Shown: positions 1 to 14,032 of the stretch, piece after piece
How positions within the stretch are numbered: the stretch's first letter is position 1
How the letters are laid out: each line of letters begins with the position of its first letter
NCBI RefSeq assembly: GCF_006345805.1
Contig: NC_042997.1
Span: 90,024,001-90,088,000, forward strand
Length of the DNA stretch: 64,000 nt
Source: Octopus sinensis
Taxonomy: Eukaryota
Direction: 5' to 3'
Notes under the pieces: model-generated
Database searches by the model: none
Seen by the model: the letters and a program-made list of their open reading frames with translations, nothing else
Told to the model about the DNA's origin: nothing
Position numbers and translations under genes: made by a program

Positions 1-1199
1 ACTTGTATTGTCATTTTAAAGACCCTACCCCTTTTCTAAAAATATAATTCAACAGATTGAATAGCCTTTTAAACTTTTTTTGAATTCATTAAATATTTTA
101 TTTTAATTCTACCGCCAAAGCAGACTGTTGTTATTTAAATTTTAATTTGTCATGGTCATATTTTTCCGTTCTTTTATAAATTTTTGATGTAGTTTTAGAT
201 TAAAATTGCCTTCACATTCAACAGTTTTATCTTTGGTAATGACTAATATATAACAATTGCAACTTTAAAGTTAATGATGTGATGTGAAACAGTATGAGTC
301 AAAGGTTGAAATCAGTAAAGTGCTATATTAAACATCTTTCAGTATTTAATTACATTTCTCTAGATGATACCTACAGAGTTGATTCTGCTCATCATTATCT
401 CTGGAGTTGTTAGAATAAGTATTAACCATGCCCTTGGGTTCATTCAATCATCTCTTCCCACTCTGTATTAGTTTTGTGGCTACATAACACATTGTTTTTG
501 TTTTATAATTACTCTATTGCTGTTTTCTCATATCATATACTAAAACAAAGTTATCATTGCTAATGACTGATAGCGTATCAAGATTGCAACTTATTAAAGG
601 TGACATGAGAACACACTAGATGGTGTGAAAGGGCTTGAGTCAGGAATTGAAACCATGAGCTCAATTCTTCTATTCAGTGCTCAGCTAACATCTTATCACA
701 AGAGCAATACTATTACAGTGATTATGAATCTAATTGATTGGACACATTTATGCAGTTGAGCAAGCCATATCCAATCTCAGTAGTAGCTCTGTATATAGAT
801 ACAAACAAGTCAAGCAATGCAACCACCTGTATGTTGTATACTCAATTTATTGTTTAAAAGGAAGAAAAAAAAAACTGATGAGAAATTTTTTTTTATTGTT
901 TTGTTAAACTTTTACGGTTCTTCCTTGTGAATATTGAATCTAAATCTGCAAAAACCAATTGATGTGCATGCTGACATACATTTAGTAGCTAGTTATTCAG
1001 CTATTTGATTCAATTGTCTCTGGGGGAATATTATACAGACTATGTCTTGATTTAGAGTTTCCAAATATCAGTCAGAGAGTTACAGTTGTCAATTTTAATG
1101 ATTAATTTCAAAATAAAGCAGCAAAGTGAGATTTAAGATAGAACTGTTTCTACTTCAGGTTGTAGCTATCATCCTGTCCCTCTTGTAGATTTCCTCAAT

Positions 1200-1620
1200 C
1201 TCAGTTTACTGTTACAGGTGTCAACTCACTCTTGCTCTCACCTTGTCACTGTCTGTATTAGTTTTTGTGGAGTTATACAATCTTCAAATGACCAGTATCT
1301 AGACTAGAGGATATTGCTACACTTGCTCTGTGTTCTCAACGGATAATTCACTAATACTTAGCTAAGTCTGGAATATTATAGTCAACCTTGGAATGTTAGT
1401 TGAATCTAAGAATCCTGTCTTCAAGGATTTGAGTTCTTAAACAGCTAATTGATCTCCTTAATTCCATCAACCCAGTAAAATCTCAACTCAGAATTTTTCA
1501 TCTCTCCATCACACTTGAGTTTATTGTGTTTGGGGTTTTCCTTTCTCATTTGAGCCAAATTAACTGCCAAGGGCAATGATGCTGTGGTCTAAACCAGATG
1601 CCAGCAGTGGTAGTTCAGCT
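1200..1620 (+). mobile_element. possible decayed DIRS-type retrotransposon RT fragment
   Basis: QYLD*, NLGMLV (shifted frame) and QGFEFL occur at DIRS-like spacing (YLDD...LGW.VN.EKS...Q.F.F); many stops. Confidence 0.3.
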
Positions 1621-2389
1621 TCTACTTCCAGTACTCCTCCTCTTCCTCTGTTGAACCATTCTAGAGTGTATGTGGACTGGGATAGATGATACAGTTGTAC
1701 ATATGTAATGGACAATATAAAGCCAAAACAAATAAAAGGACAGTTTAAAAATTATTTTAAAAAATATTAAAAAAACCCAAACAAACAAACAAAATAAAAA
1801 CAAAAAATGTATTTAAAAACGAGAACAAAAAAAAATAAAATAAAAATCTAACATGGTAGTAGCCACCATTGAGTCACTGAAGCCAAGGTGGCTGCCACTA
1901 ATGTGCCTCTGGAAACAAGAGACCTACAAAGTTGGAAAGACATTAAACCAAAATCATAGACTTCTTTTTTTACTCTTGCTTGTCAAGATATGTTTGTCGT
2001 TGTCATTCTCGTTAACGCTGCCAACCACACCACCACCACCACCACCACCACTACTACAACCACCACCACTACTGGCCTGTCAAATTGGCAGTGTATATGT
2101 GCATGCGTGGTTGCTAGAGCAGTGCATCTGCTGACTCTAGTGGACTGATATCATTAGCTCTTTTCATCTTTCTTCATGCCCATCCAATTCCACATTAAGG
2201 ATGGCCACACTCATGTCATAAATAAAGTAAATTTCAGTGAATTTATACTTCATTATGCATTTATATTTCTGTTGTTGTTGTTGCTTTTACCTTTTTTTTG
2301 CAGGTGTATTTGTACTGTTGGTTTCTATTTTTTTGTATCAATCCACACAGTACTGTTTATTGATCAAAGCTTCAAGGTTATCATTCTAA

Positions 2390-2830
2390 TCTACACAGTG
2401 TCATCTACTAGTTAACGTATCTGTATTGGTGTCACAGTACCATCTCTGGTTGACATATCAGTGTGACCATCACAATCCCATCTACTGGAACATATCTGTA
2501 TTGCTCTCACAGTACCATCTACTGGTTGGTATATCTGTGTGACCATCATAATTGCATCTACTGGTCAACATATCTGTGTTACTGTCACAGTACCACCTAC
2601 TGGTTGACATATCAGTGTGACCGTCACAATCCTATCTACTAGTCAACATATCTATTACTGTCATGGTAATATCTACTGGTTGACAGATCAGTGTGACCAT
2701 CACAGCCCAACCTATTGGCTAATATTAGTGTTATCATTACAGTACCATCTACTGGTCAACATATTGGATTTATGAGCACAGTTCACCCAAAACCATCTAC
2801 TGATCAACATATCATTACTATTACAGTCCA
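2390..2830. repeat. minisatellite, about 39-bp unit, about 10 diverged copies
   Basis: recurring cacagtaccatctactggt(t/c)gacatatc(a/t)gtgtgac unit. Confidence 0.85.
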
Positions 2831-3921
2831 TGAGAGCATCGATCCAGTTGCTCAACCTGCTAGACAAATCAGTCAATTTTTTCTCCATCATATATAAGAA
2901 CAAGAGATCTAATAGATAATGTAGTCTTATGGTATCCTTAAAAAAAAAGGAAAAGAAAAACAGGATAGTCTCAACTTAAATGCTTTTGATCAAAGGATTG
3001 GTCAAGGGTTAAACAATGTAGATATAGTTTAGTTTAAATGTCACAGTGTTGTCTTTGCAATCCTTACAGCTGCAGGCTACTACTTGTCAAAATATCTGTG
3101 GTTTATAAGATATCACCTATCTGCTCCTTTGTGTCAGAATTCCTCAATCTCCTTCTAGAACCTTTCAAACTGATTCAGTTTGTTTAGGCCAATCATGTCA
3201 AGTTTTTTCAGCCCAATATGTTGAAATATTAATTACTTTATTAATCATGTTACTGAAAGATCACTTATATGTAAATATGTATTTTACATTTAGGTCAGAG
3301 CTGAGAGATGAACATTTTTATAACATTCCACCTAAAACCCTGTAATGTTCACAACTGTACACCTATCATAGGTTCAATATCTCTGATCCAGGTGGTCTAC
3401 TCTATTTCAGAAATAGTGCTGTCATAGAAACAACAATGCTCCAAAGGTGGGAAATGGCCTGCCAGCTCTTTAGCTAACAATCTAACAGTACACATGACCC
3501 ACTCACCAAATTTCACACATCATAGACTATAGATGCTTTCAATTTTTGTGATTAACAAATATATTTAAATGTTTGCATATATGAAATGAGCTCCACTGCC
3601 GAATACGACAAAGCTCAATGTAGGTATCGCACTGGGTTTTTTTATTATGTTACTCATTACTGCTACTAGTCCCCCACCACAAACACATATTCATTTATGC
3701 TACATATCAATTCAGGCATATGCACGTGCACACACACACACACTTGTCATTGTCATCATCATTCTTTAATACCTGTTTTCCATGCTGGCATGGGTTGGAT
3801 GGTTTGACCAGAGCTGACAAGCTGAAGAGCTGCACCAAGTTCCAGTTTCTATGGCTGGATGTCTGTCCTAATGCCAACCACTTTAAAGTGTGTGCTGGTT
3901 ACTTTTTATGTGGCATTGGCA

Positions 3922-3959
<38 letters not shown>

Positions 3960-3961
<2 letters not shown>

Positions 3962-4350
3962 GCGTAGGAGTGGGTGTGTGGTAAGTAGCTTGCTTACGAC
4001 CCACATGGTTCCGGGTTCAGTCCCACTGCGTGGCACCTTGGCAAGTGTCTTCTACTATAGCCTTGGGCCGACCAAAGCCTTGTGAGTGGATTTGGTAGAC
4101 GGAAACTGAAAGAAGCCCATCGTATATATGTATATGTATACACGTGTGTGTATGTGTTTGTCCCCACAACATCACTTGACAACCGATGCTGGTGTGTTTA
4201 CGTCCCTGTAACTTAGCTGTTTGGCAAAAGAGACCGATAGAATAAGTACTAGGCTTACAAAGAATAAGTCCTGGGGTCGATTTGCTCGACTAAAAGGTGG
4301 TGCTCCAGCATGGCCGCAGTCAAATGACTGAAACAAGTAAAAGAGTAAAG
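3960..4350 (+). mobile_element. tRNA-derived SINE family 1 (other copies near 6560-6900(-), 12812-13480, 14200-14550, 31750-32110, 37530-37640, 42055-42360, 55040-55200(-), 63905-64000)
   Basis: tRNA-like head with A/B-box-like motifs (tgtgtggtaag...ggttcagtccc), conserved body, internal (TA/TG)n and an aagagtaaagag tail; many copies in the window. Confidence 0.85.
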
Positions 4351-5322
4351 AGAGTATACATATATATACACACACACATATATATATACTCACACATCTA
4401 TATCTATACAAACACACACGCACATTTTACACACAAGTATGTGTGTGCACATTATATGTATATTAATAGTACATGTCTAACACATGTACTTATTAACACT
4501 GTATTGTCATCATTGTCATGTATCATGCTTTTTGCACTGTACTGATGACAATGATTATGCATGAGTTCTCCTATCAGATGAAGTCATAGCATTACTTCAC
4601 TCTGACTTTCATTGTAACACTGTGCCAAATTATAACGAAACATAAATATTAGTTTCAAATTTTGGCACAAAGCCAGCAATTTGGTTGAGCAGAAGTAAGT
4701 TGATTACATTACTCCACTGCTCAACTGGTACTTATTTTAATGACCCTGAAAAGATGGAAGGTGAAGTTGACCTCAGCAGAATTTGAACTCTGAATCTAAA
4801 GACAGATGAAATGCCACTAAGCATTTCATCCGGTGTGCTAATGATTCTGCCAGTTTGCCACCGTAATCATACATATAAGTATTAACTCAACATCTACACA
4901 TGTACACACACACACGATTATAAGAAAGGCCGTGATGATGACATCATACCTGCTGATGATGACATTTTTGACCATTGAGATGCAAGCACTGCAACACTGA
5001 TGGAAGAAGTGTGTAGGCTGCAAGGGGAACCATGTTGAAAAATAAACCTCATTTGGTCACATTCTATAAGAGTATCTTGGCCAACCTATGAACTTTTGAT
5101 TCAACCCTTGTGTGTGTGTGTGTACATCCATATATGCTGGTACCATGTCAAAAGCACTCAGTCCATGCTGTGGGATGACTGGTGTTAGGAAGGGTATCCT
5201 GACGTAAAAACCTTGCCAAAACAGACACAAAAGTCTGGTGTAGTCTTCTGCCTGGCCAGCTCCTATCAAACTGTCCAACCCATGCATGGAAGGCAGACAT
5301 TAAATGATGATGATGAGATATA

Positions 5323-6539
5323 TTGGGTCATCCCATAAATAATGCAGTTTTTTCAATTGCATGAACTAAAAGTCGATGGGGGACAGGATAAGCTACCTGC
5401 ATCAACTTGCTATAAAAGCAGGTAGTAATGTTACCTTATCCTTATTCTTAGTGCAATTTTTGAAGAGTGCAGTTCGATTTTAACAGTTATTTTTTCAAAG
5501 CTATAATAGAAGTGACAAAGGAGCATATTCGGCATATTTTGCTTTATGAGTTCAATAAAGGCAACAATGCAACAGAAAGTGTGAGGAATATTAATGCAGT
5601 ACATAAGGATTGGACAATAAGCCTAAGCCAATGTCAATGGTGGTTCCAGAAATTCCGAGCCAGAAACTACAGCCTAGAAGACAAGCCTCATCCTGGAAGA
5701 TCTGTAGATCTTGATAAGGATGTCCTGCAAACCCTGGTGGAACAAAATCCCATTGTAACTGTTGAGAGATTAGCAGAGATGCTTGGATTTGGTCATTCAA
5801 CCATTCATTGACACCTCTGTGCTATCAGAAAAGTCAGCAAATTGAGTCAATGGGTTCCTCACAAACTTTATGAGTCTAATCGTGCACAGAGAGTGAATGT
5901 GTGCTCTTCTTTGCTGTCACGTCTCATGAATGAACCATTTTTTGGATCAAATAGTGACAGGTGACGAGAAATGGGTTCTCTTTAAAAATATCAAGTGCTG
6001 AAGACTGTAGCTAGGGAAGGGAGAAACACTGGCACTCCAGGCTAAACAAGGTTTTCACCCATCTAAGGTATTGTTATCTGTTTGGTGGGATATGAAAGGT
6101 TTGAGTGGCTTAAGACAGCACTAGAAGAAATGATTATCTTTGGTTTCAAGACAAAATGTGTTCTTCCATCAGGATAATGCTTGGCCACATACAGCAAGGA
6201 TGACATTCTAAAGGCTGGAGCAGTTTGAATGAGAAATGCTACCCCACCCACCATATTCGCTAGACATTGCTCCATCTGATTATCATTTATTCCACAGTCT
6301 TCAAAATCATTTGGACAGAAAAATTATGAATTCTATAGATGAGTCCTGGAGGAGTATTTTTCATCGTGGACAAGTGAATTTTGGAAGACGGGCCTTGCAA
6401 GTGTACCAGATAGATGAAAGAGCGTTGTAGAAAATGAAGGAGAGTATATTTTAGATTAAAAAAGAACTTTGGTTATCTTAATTCTGAAAAATAAAAAAAA
6501 AACATTAAAATAAAACACATTATTTATGGGATGACCCAA
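5323..6539 (+). mobile_element. full-length decayed mariner (Tc1/mariner) transposon
   Basis: 22-bp perfect TIRs TTGGGTCATCCCATAAATAATG, TA on both flanks; broken transposase with HIRHILLYEF, GRS, WVPH, TGDEKW and HPPYSLDIAPSDYHLF motifs. Confidence 0.95.
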
Positions 6540-6979
6540 TATATCAGTTACCTTTTATTTGTTTCAGTCATTGGCATGTGGTCATCTTAGGGTGCTGGTT
6601 TGAGGTTTTAGATGAACCGATCGATCTCAATACCTTTTTTCTTTTTTGTGAATGGAGTTGAGGACCAATACTTATTCTGTCAGTCTCTTTTACTGAGCCA
6701 TTGAGTTGCAGAGATGTAGACAGGCCTACACTGGTTGTCAAGTACTAAGAGGAGAGACACAAAGACACACATATATCTATAGTGAGCTTCTTTCAGTTAC
6801 TTACGGGTCTTTGATCGACCTGGGGTTTCAATGGAAGACACTAACTAGTTCAAGATGCCATGTAGTGGGACTGAGCCCAGAACTACATGTTCGGAAGCAA
6901 GTTTCTTACCACATATCCACACATATCCATGCTTGCACCTCTGTGTGTGTATGTGTGTGTGCGCATACATACATATATA

Positions 6980-7014
<35 letters not shown>

Positions 7015-7599
7015 CACATGCACACACATGCATAAAATAAAAGCATTACTTATCTGGTGGTTGTTAATTCCTTTGAATAAACACATATTTACAAAATAAC
7101 ACTATTTTTAAGTGACCAAAAGATATAAAATTATGATCTGAGGACTAGAGTTTTCTCTTAAAGCGCTCTTCAAACTGGTCTTGTATCATATCGGTGTTCC
7201 TTTAATATAAGCAAAATTGAGCTAAGAGGAATCACTTAGAGTGGCAAGTGGCAAGTAATTGAACAATATAGACGAAAAAAAATACTAGTATATGAAATAC
7301 TATACAACATAAATTCTTGATTTACTAAAACTATCTCCACCTCTTGATGATTTATCATAATTACCAAACAAAACTAATTCTGTATGAAAAAGGGAGATAA
7401 TTTCAAGAATTTTCAGGAAGAGTTACTGAAAAAAGGAGGAGCTGACATTGAAAAGCAACTTAAATGAAATAGAAGAAAAATTAATAATATAAACAAAACA
7501 AAAAAATTTCAAGAAATCTAAATATGGTTAGGTCAATGTATGGAAGAGAGACAGAGGAAAAGTGAAAGGATGTCGAATAGCCCTATTACATACGTGACT

Positions 7600-8539
7600 G
7601 CTGAGGACATGCGTAAGCTCGCGAGAAATGAAGCTAGTATGCTCCGTTGGATGTGTAATGTCAGTGTTCATAGTCGACAGAGTGTAAGTACCTTGAGAGA
7701 AAAGTTGGACCTAAGAGGAATCAGATGTTGTGTGCAAGAGAGACGATTGCGCTGGTATGGTCATGTGGTGAGAATGGATGAAGATAGGTGTGTGAAAAAG
7801 TGCCACACCCTGGCAGTTGAGGGGACCTGTGGAAGAGGTAGACCCAGGAAAACCTGGGTCGAGGTGGTGAAGCACGACCTTCGAACTCTAGGTCTCACCA
7901 AGGAAATGACCAGAGACCGAGACCTATGGAAGTATGCTGTGCGTGAGAAGACCCGGCAAGACCAGTGAGAACAATCAAAATCAAATCATATATCAGAAAG
8001 CAGGGGTTAAGTGACCCATCTGTTCGTGTCCGCTGTCAGCCTCGTCTGGCACTCGTGCCGGTGATACGTAAAAGCACCATTCGCTCATGGCCGTTTGCCA
8101 GCTCTGCCTGGCCCCCGTGTCGGTGGCACGTAAAAGCACCATCCGTTCGCGTCCGTTGCCAGCCTCGGCTGGCCCCCGTGCCGGTGACACGTAAAAGCAC
8201 CATCCGTTCGTGGCCGTTTGACAGCTCTGTCTGGCAACCGTGTCGGTGGCACGTAAAAGCACCATCCGTTCGTGTCCGTTGCCAGCATCGCCTGGCCCCG
8301 TGCCGGTGACACGTAAAAGCACCATCCGTTCGTGGCCATTCGCCAGCTCTGTCTGGCACCTGTGCAGGTGGCACGTAAAAAACACCCACTACACTCGCGG
8401 AGTGGTTGGCGTTAGGAAGGGCATCCAGCCGTAGAAACACTGCCAGATCTGACTGGGCCTGACGAAGCCTTCCAGCTTCACAGACCCCAGTTGACCTGTC
8501 CAATCCATGCTAGCATGGAAAACGGACGCTAAACGATGA
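7600..8539 (+). mobile_element. 5'-truncated RTE-clade LINE (RT C-terminus plus 3' UTR with about 62-bp tandem repeat)
   Basis: RNEASMLRWMC...RLRWYGHVVRM...RGRPRKTW is typical of RTE ORF ends; followed by repeated gtggcacgtaaaagcacc units and a catgctagcatggaaaacggacgctaaacgatga tail. Confidence 0.92.
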
Positions 8540-9239
8540 AAAAAAAAAATATATATATATATATACTTATACAGGGAGTATTATAGTGGTTAGAGGAGGA
8601 TGTTTATGATGATTGGAGTGGGTTGGCATTTGGAAAATCATATTATTTGTATCATCATCATTATTTAATATTTGTTTTTCACGCTCGCTTGGGTTGGACA
8701 GTTTGAGAATAACTGGCAAGTTCAGAAGACTGCACCAAACTCTGCCGTCAGCTTTGACATGGTTTTAAACAGTTGGATGCCTTCCTAATGCCAACCATTT
8801 TACAGAGTGTACTGGGTGCTTTTTATGTGACACCAGCAGCAGAGAGGTCACCAAGTAACTAGCAGGAGACCCCTCAACTAGGAGGGAGAAGTACTGAGGG
8901 ACAAAAAAATATAGCCTTGTATTAATGGAGGAACATGGCTACCTTAGATGGAGAGAGATGGTAAAAGATGGGATGGGGCTAAGTTACAGGGAGGTGTTTA
9001 TACTGAACTGGAATAGGGATTGGAGAGGGTGAGATATTATGTATCATATGTATAAGCAAGATGGTGTGTTCATGTTTGTAACTCAAAGTATTTTGAGGGA
9101 CTACATCCTTTTTTTAAATCTATGCCCTACTTCAATTTTAAAAATAACATAGTGAAAAGCATCTTGCCATCATTGGATAAGATTAATATTTTGTGTCTTG
9201 CATATACACATACATATACATATATATATTCTAAATACT

Positions 9240-12200
9240 AAGAAGTTTTAACTAAAAGGTTATTGTTAAGTGTGGTATACTTATTTCAATCAGTTTTGCT
9301 CTTGATGTTGGCTGCAAGTTTGTTTGATTTGAAGCATCAATTCTGTCAGTTTTAGCCTTAAATCACTGTCTTGGAATATCCTGTTGATTCCTCTTAGCTT
9401 GCAGCAAATGAGTAACAAGACTAAGTATGCACTCAGTTAAATGAAACAATGGAGAATGTATCAGTACTTCCTTTCATAGTTAAGTTAGAGAATTACTTTT
9501 AGCTCTCCTCAGACAGTCACATCATGGTTCTTTTGATTTTGAAAAGGATTTTCACAGAATCATTTTGTAACTTCTTGATATTGCATTGCTACTTCAGATA
9601 ATTCCATCAGAATTGGTTGAGTTTACGAAGATAGGTACTCCATTGCTTTCAGATTATAAAACTTGCTATTGAAGTCACTATCCAAAGTTTTCTTGTAATG
9701 AACAATGATCATTCTTTGCAGCATCACTTACCTCAGACTTTTCCAACCATGAGAACTGGCTAACTTTTGCCAGTACCTAGTATTGGCACAAATTTCTTTC
9801 ATTTGCCTTGATGAATATCACATTAGCTCCTTGGAGTTGCTTATCTGAAAAGTAATGCTTCTGAAAAGCGTCACTCAAGGAACTCACATAAACATTGCTG
9901 TCTATTGTCCTTGAAAATCTTGATGAAAAGGTCAAACAGCATGACTGAGGTAGTTTCCTTTTGGCAACTATTTGAATGCGATGCAGTCTTGTGGTTTGCT
10001 GGATCCGATCAAACTGTCTAACCCATGCCAGCATGGAAAGAGGATATTAAATGACAACACTGATGATGATGATGATGATGATGATGAACCACCTTCAGCA
10101 TGGAGCAATAATCTCACATGTTCTTGGCATCCCCTTTGATGGAATTAATGCATTTAATGATAAAATGCAGTATCTTATGCAGTTGATATAAAATTCTCTT
10201 TGCAACTAAGCTTTCTCAGTGCATAACACAATCCACAACCAACCTGTTTGGATTGTCATCTTTCATCAGTTTTAAATATTCTTTTTTTTTTTACTAATTA
10301 CACCAGATGCACCATCTGTCACGTGATACAATGTATATTTTTTCTTTGGTATTTAATTTGTGTCCAATTAATGGATTTGCTGAACACTGCAGAATTGGCT
10401 GTTTTTAATAACTCCTAAAACAGCATCTCCTCTTGAAATTCTTCCAGGTGAGCATATCATATATATATTCCAGCAATAGAGCTTTACTGTTTTGTATGGT
10501 AGATTCCTTCATTTGTATTGAGAATATTGATTTCAACTTCTCAATAAATTGCTTTTTACCATCTTACCGCATGTCATCTTTTCTGTTGCTAACTGCTGGT
10601 TATACAATGATATTGCTTGGACATGCCTGCCATTCTTTGACAGAATTGTTTCAAGAACTACCCACCCCAGATATTGTGTTTAACAAGTTCTTTGCAAAAG
10701 AAATGTAATTTTTTTCAAATATCATTTTTATATGGTAAATTTTGAAAATTTATTTCAGGAATGTAAGTGTAAATATTCCAAGGTTTATGACTCAGATGCA
10801 AATTGCAAATAACTTTTCAACTTTCCCTGAAATGAGATGCTAAAACACAGCTGCGTTGAATGTCGTGAGTGGCAGTCGCAAACAATTGTAATGAAAACCA
10901 AAATGCACATGCATCACGTGGAGGTTATGGGTATAAAATCAACTTGAACCATGTTCCTGGCATTCGTAATTTGGACACATCAGGTATGACCTGATTCTCA
11001 GCAGTGCAAAGAGAACAAACTATTGGCCATTTGCAAGCAGAGCAGCATGCTCTGGTTGTTGCGAAAGCTTACAATGTCCATGTCAGCACCATCTATCTCC
11101 CACAACAGTGATACAACACCAACAGCACTGCAGATGCACACCCGGGTAACCATGCCCGGGCAGAACTGCTTCATCCACCAGCAACACCTCTGTGATCACT
11201 TCAGACCAGTCAGCATGATGGCTCATGTGACCATTGGCACTGGACAGTGACCCATCAGTGATGACACAGTATGATGTCAACTGGCCACCAAGAACCTGCA
11301 TTGCTGTCATCCTGCTCAAGGGCCTGTCCTCACTACCTACCACCATCAGGCATAACTACAGTGGGCTACACAGCACTGAAATTGGTGGCATCAACAATGG
11401 AGGTTGATAGTCTTCTCTAACAAGAACCAGGACTGGGTTTCCACTTCAGATAACAAAGTGAGGGTGTGGCATAAGAGAGGTGAACACTACAGAGATGCAT
11501 GCATCATGGTTTGAGGTGCTGTTTGTGTGAATCAGAGAATTGGGCCCCATGTGTTCCAAAATGTTGGTGCAGGCAGAGAGAATGGCATCACAGCACAGTG
11601 CTACATTGATCAGATCCTAAGACCTCACATCGTGCTCTTCTCATGTCACCATAGCTACATGTTCCTACCTCCTACATGGACTTCCTGCATCACCACAACA
11701 TCAGAACCATGCTGTGGCTGGCTCTTGGCCTGGATTTGAACCCAATTGAACACCTGTGGAATGAAATCCAGTGATGGCTGAACCATGGCTGACAACTCAT
11801 GTGGAAATGGCGGCAGCTTTCCCCAGGTGCTAATGGCTTTTGTGAACCACTTCATGCACACCATGTACCGACAGTGTATGGCTGCTTTGAACACCCAGGG
11901 AGGGCATACAAGGTATTGAACATGCCATACCCTACAATCTTGATGTGCTGGAACACATGACAACAACATATAGACTGGTCAAAGTGCATCCAAAAAATTG
12001 ACTTTATCACATTTATCAAAATTTATCTCTGACCAAATGAAATTAAAATATTTCACAGTCACACACATCTCACATTTCTTTTGTGGTTCAGTGTAATCCT
12101 CTCCCTTTTTTGCTGTCAGCAGAGAAATTTCATTGTTTGCTCTAAAAGATACAATTCAGGGCTGTAGTTGGCACAATGATAATGAAGAATTTTTTTTTTT

Positions 12201-12440
12201 TGTTCATCTATTTTCAAACTTGTCTTAGAGTAATTTAAACTATTCCAATTCTGAACTGGCATGGTTGAAATGTTTAACTCTCAAAGAACTTCAGATGACA
12301 AGCTTTCGTTGATTCATATGATGAAGTTGGTTGATATAGTAAGCAGGAAGGTGTACAGACATCATGTACTGCAGGTATTAGTCCAAACTTCAAGACTTCT
12401 GTAAAATATTAGCAAACATTTTGTTTGCTTGATCTGCTCA
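9240..12440 (-). mobile_element. decayed hAT (Charlie/Buster/FAM200-like) transposase, interrupted by a Tc1 element and an RTE tail
   Basis: minus-strand remnants KFGLIPAVHD (N-terminal), QFIEKLKS.FSIQM.EST...ALLL, QLQG...IK and C-terminal LVTHLLQAKRN...DLRLKLT; many stops and frameshifts. Confidence 0.75.
10683..12093 (+). mobile_element. decayed Tc1-like transposon inserted in the hAT element
   Basis: remnants DHFRPV, LQWATQH, YIDQILRPH, PDLNPIEHLW-like and terminal GGHTRY*; right end ...ttcagtg|TA; left TIR only partly recognisable (caaaagaaatgt). Confidence 0.85.
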
Positions 12441-12990
12441 TTTTGATTTTAAAAAAGAATGAAATAACTCTATAGCAATAAATAAATAAATAAATAGAAT
12501 AGAATAATTGTATCAAATTTACCTTTGTCTGTCCATGTTTGCATGGGTCAGATGGGGAAGTATTTGAGACAAGATGTTTACAGCCAAATGCTCTTCTTAT
12601 CAGCTCTTACCTGTTTTTCAAGTTATAAGGTTTTATGCCAGAGGAATTTGAAAGCACTGAATTAGCACACAATTTGTTGAAAGAAAATGTCAATGAATTT
12701 CACTAGATGTAACCCAATTACAAATGGGTTATAAGATGTTATCATTACTCTTTCTCCTTCTCAAACACACACACACCTACACAAAAATAAATTTCAGCAT
12801 AATTTTCTATAGGTGCAGCCATGACTGTGTGGTAAGAAGCTTGCTTCCCAATCACATGGTTGCAGGTTCACTCCCACTGCATGGCACCTTGGGCGAATGT
12901 CTTCTGCTATAGCTTTGGGTCAACCAGAGCCATGTGAGTGAATTTGGTAGATGGAAACTGGAAGAAGCTCGTTGTTTGTATAACTATATA

Positions 12991-13319
12991 TACACCTTCA
13001 CCTTGACTTACAACCTATGTGTCCTATAACCATCTGCACTTATAAACGCAAAAATGAATAAAAAAAATTAACTAAGTTAAAATCTGATTTTCGGATGTTG
13101 GGCAGCTGCAAGCATGATAACTTTGGCAGCATCTGGCAATGCAAGCCTCCCTCAAATTCAGGCATCCACTGCCTGCCACTGTCTCATCCTCAGTCGCTTT
13201 CAAGTATCAGTTGCGTGAATGAAGGTAGTATTGAAGAATAAAAATCCGGCATATGACCAGATCAACTTACGACCTATCAGTTAGAACAGAACTCAATTGT
13301 AAGTCGACGAAAGTATGTA
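12991..13319. mobile_element. pogo/Tigger-like MITE splitting a family-1 SINE
   Basis: imperfect TIRs taca...gacttacaa / ttgtaagtc...tgta; the SINE body resumes at 13320. Confidence 0.5.
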
Positions 13320-13960
13320 CATGTATGTGTGTCTTTGTGTCTGTATTTGTCCCCCACTACCGCTTGACAATTGGTGTTGATTTCTTCACATTGCCGTAAC
13401 TTAGTAATTTGGCAAAAGAGACTGATAGAATAAATAATAGGCTTAAAGAAAAGAATAAGCACATTCATTCAACTAAAAATTTGAATTGAGAACGTAAGGA
13501 TGGACGAAACGCCGCTAAGCATTATACCCGATGTGCTAACAATTCTGCCAGCTCACCGAATAAGTACCAAGTGTAATGATGAAGTGTAATTGGAAAAGAT
13601 AAAGGAGACAAGGTCTGGAAATTTAATAAAAAAATATTAAGGAGCAAATCTGATGTTCTTTGGAAATATCATGTTAACTGCAGATACGTTTTGGGGTGTT
13701 AGATAATATGTAAAGTATATAGAATATTTGTAAATGAACACTAACTAGGGTTATAACTTAAAACAATGACTTGGAGAAAAATACTCAGTGTGCATCTAAC
13801 CAGTCTTAGTAAGAAAAACCATTGCACACTTCTCCCGCTGGAGAGAGTAAATGATATATTGTAGGATATAGTTTGATGATATGCAAGCAACAAGGAGCAA
13901 TATTATAAGCGAGTGAATAGGAGGAGTTGACCAAGTCTAAGTGTGAAGAAGGTTAAATAT

Positions 13961-14032
13961 TAACTAAAGGGAAGTAACTCTTACAATATTATTTGATAAG
14001 AAAATATCTGAAGAGTTACTCCCCTTCAGTTA
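13961..14032. repeat. short inverted repeat (22-bp arms)
   Basis: taactaaagggaagtaactctt ... aagagttactccccttcagtta. Confidence 0.7.

Noticed and set aside
3960-4040. tRNA-like sequences (also heads at about 15250-15310 and 17755-17820)
   Set aside because: They are SINE heads without an intact cloverleaf and continue into repeat bodies
8030-8390. Regular about 62-bp repeats resembling a CRISPR array, with overlapping ORFs
   Set aside because: Whole units are repeated with no unique spacers, the context is eukaryotic, no cas genes are present, and it is part of an RTE 3' UTR
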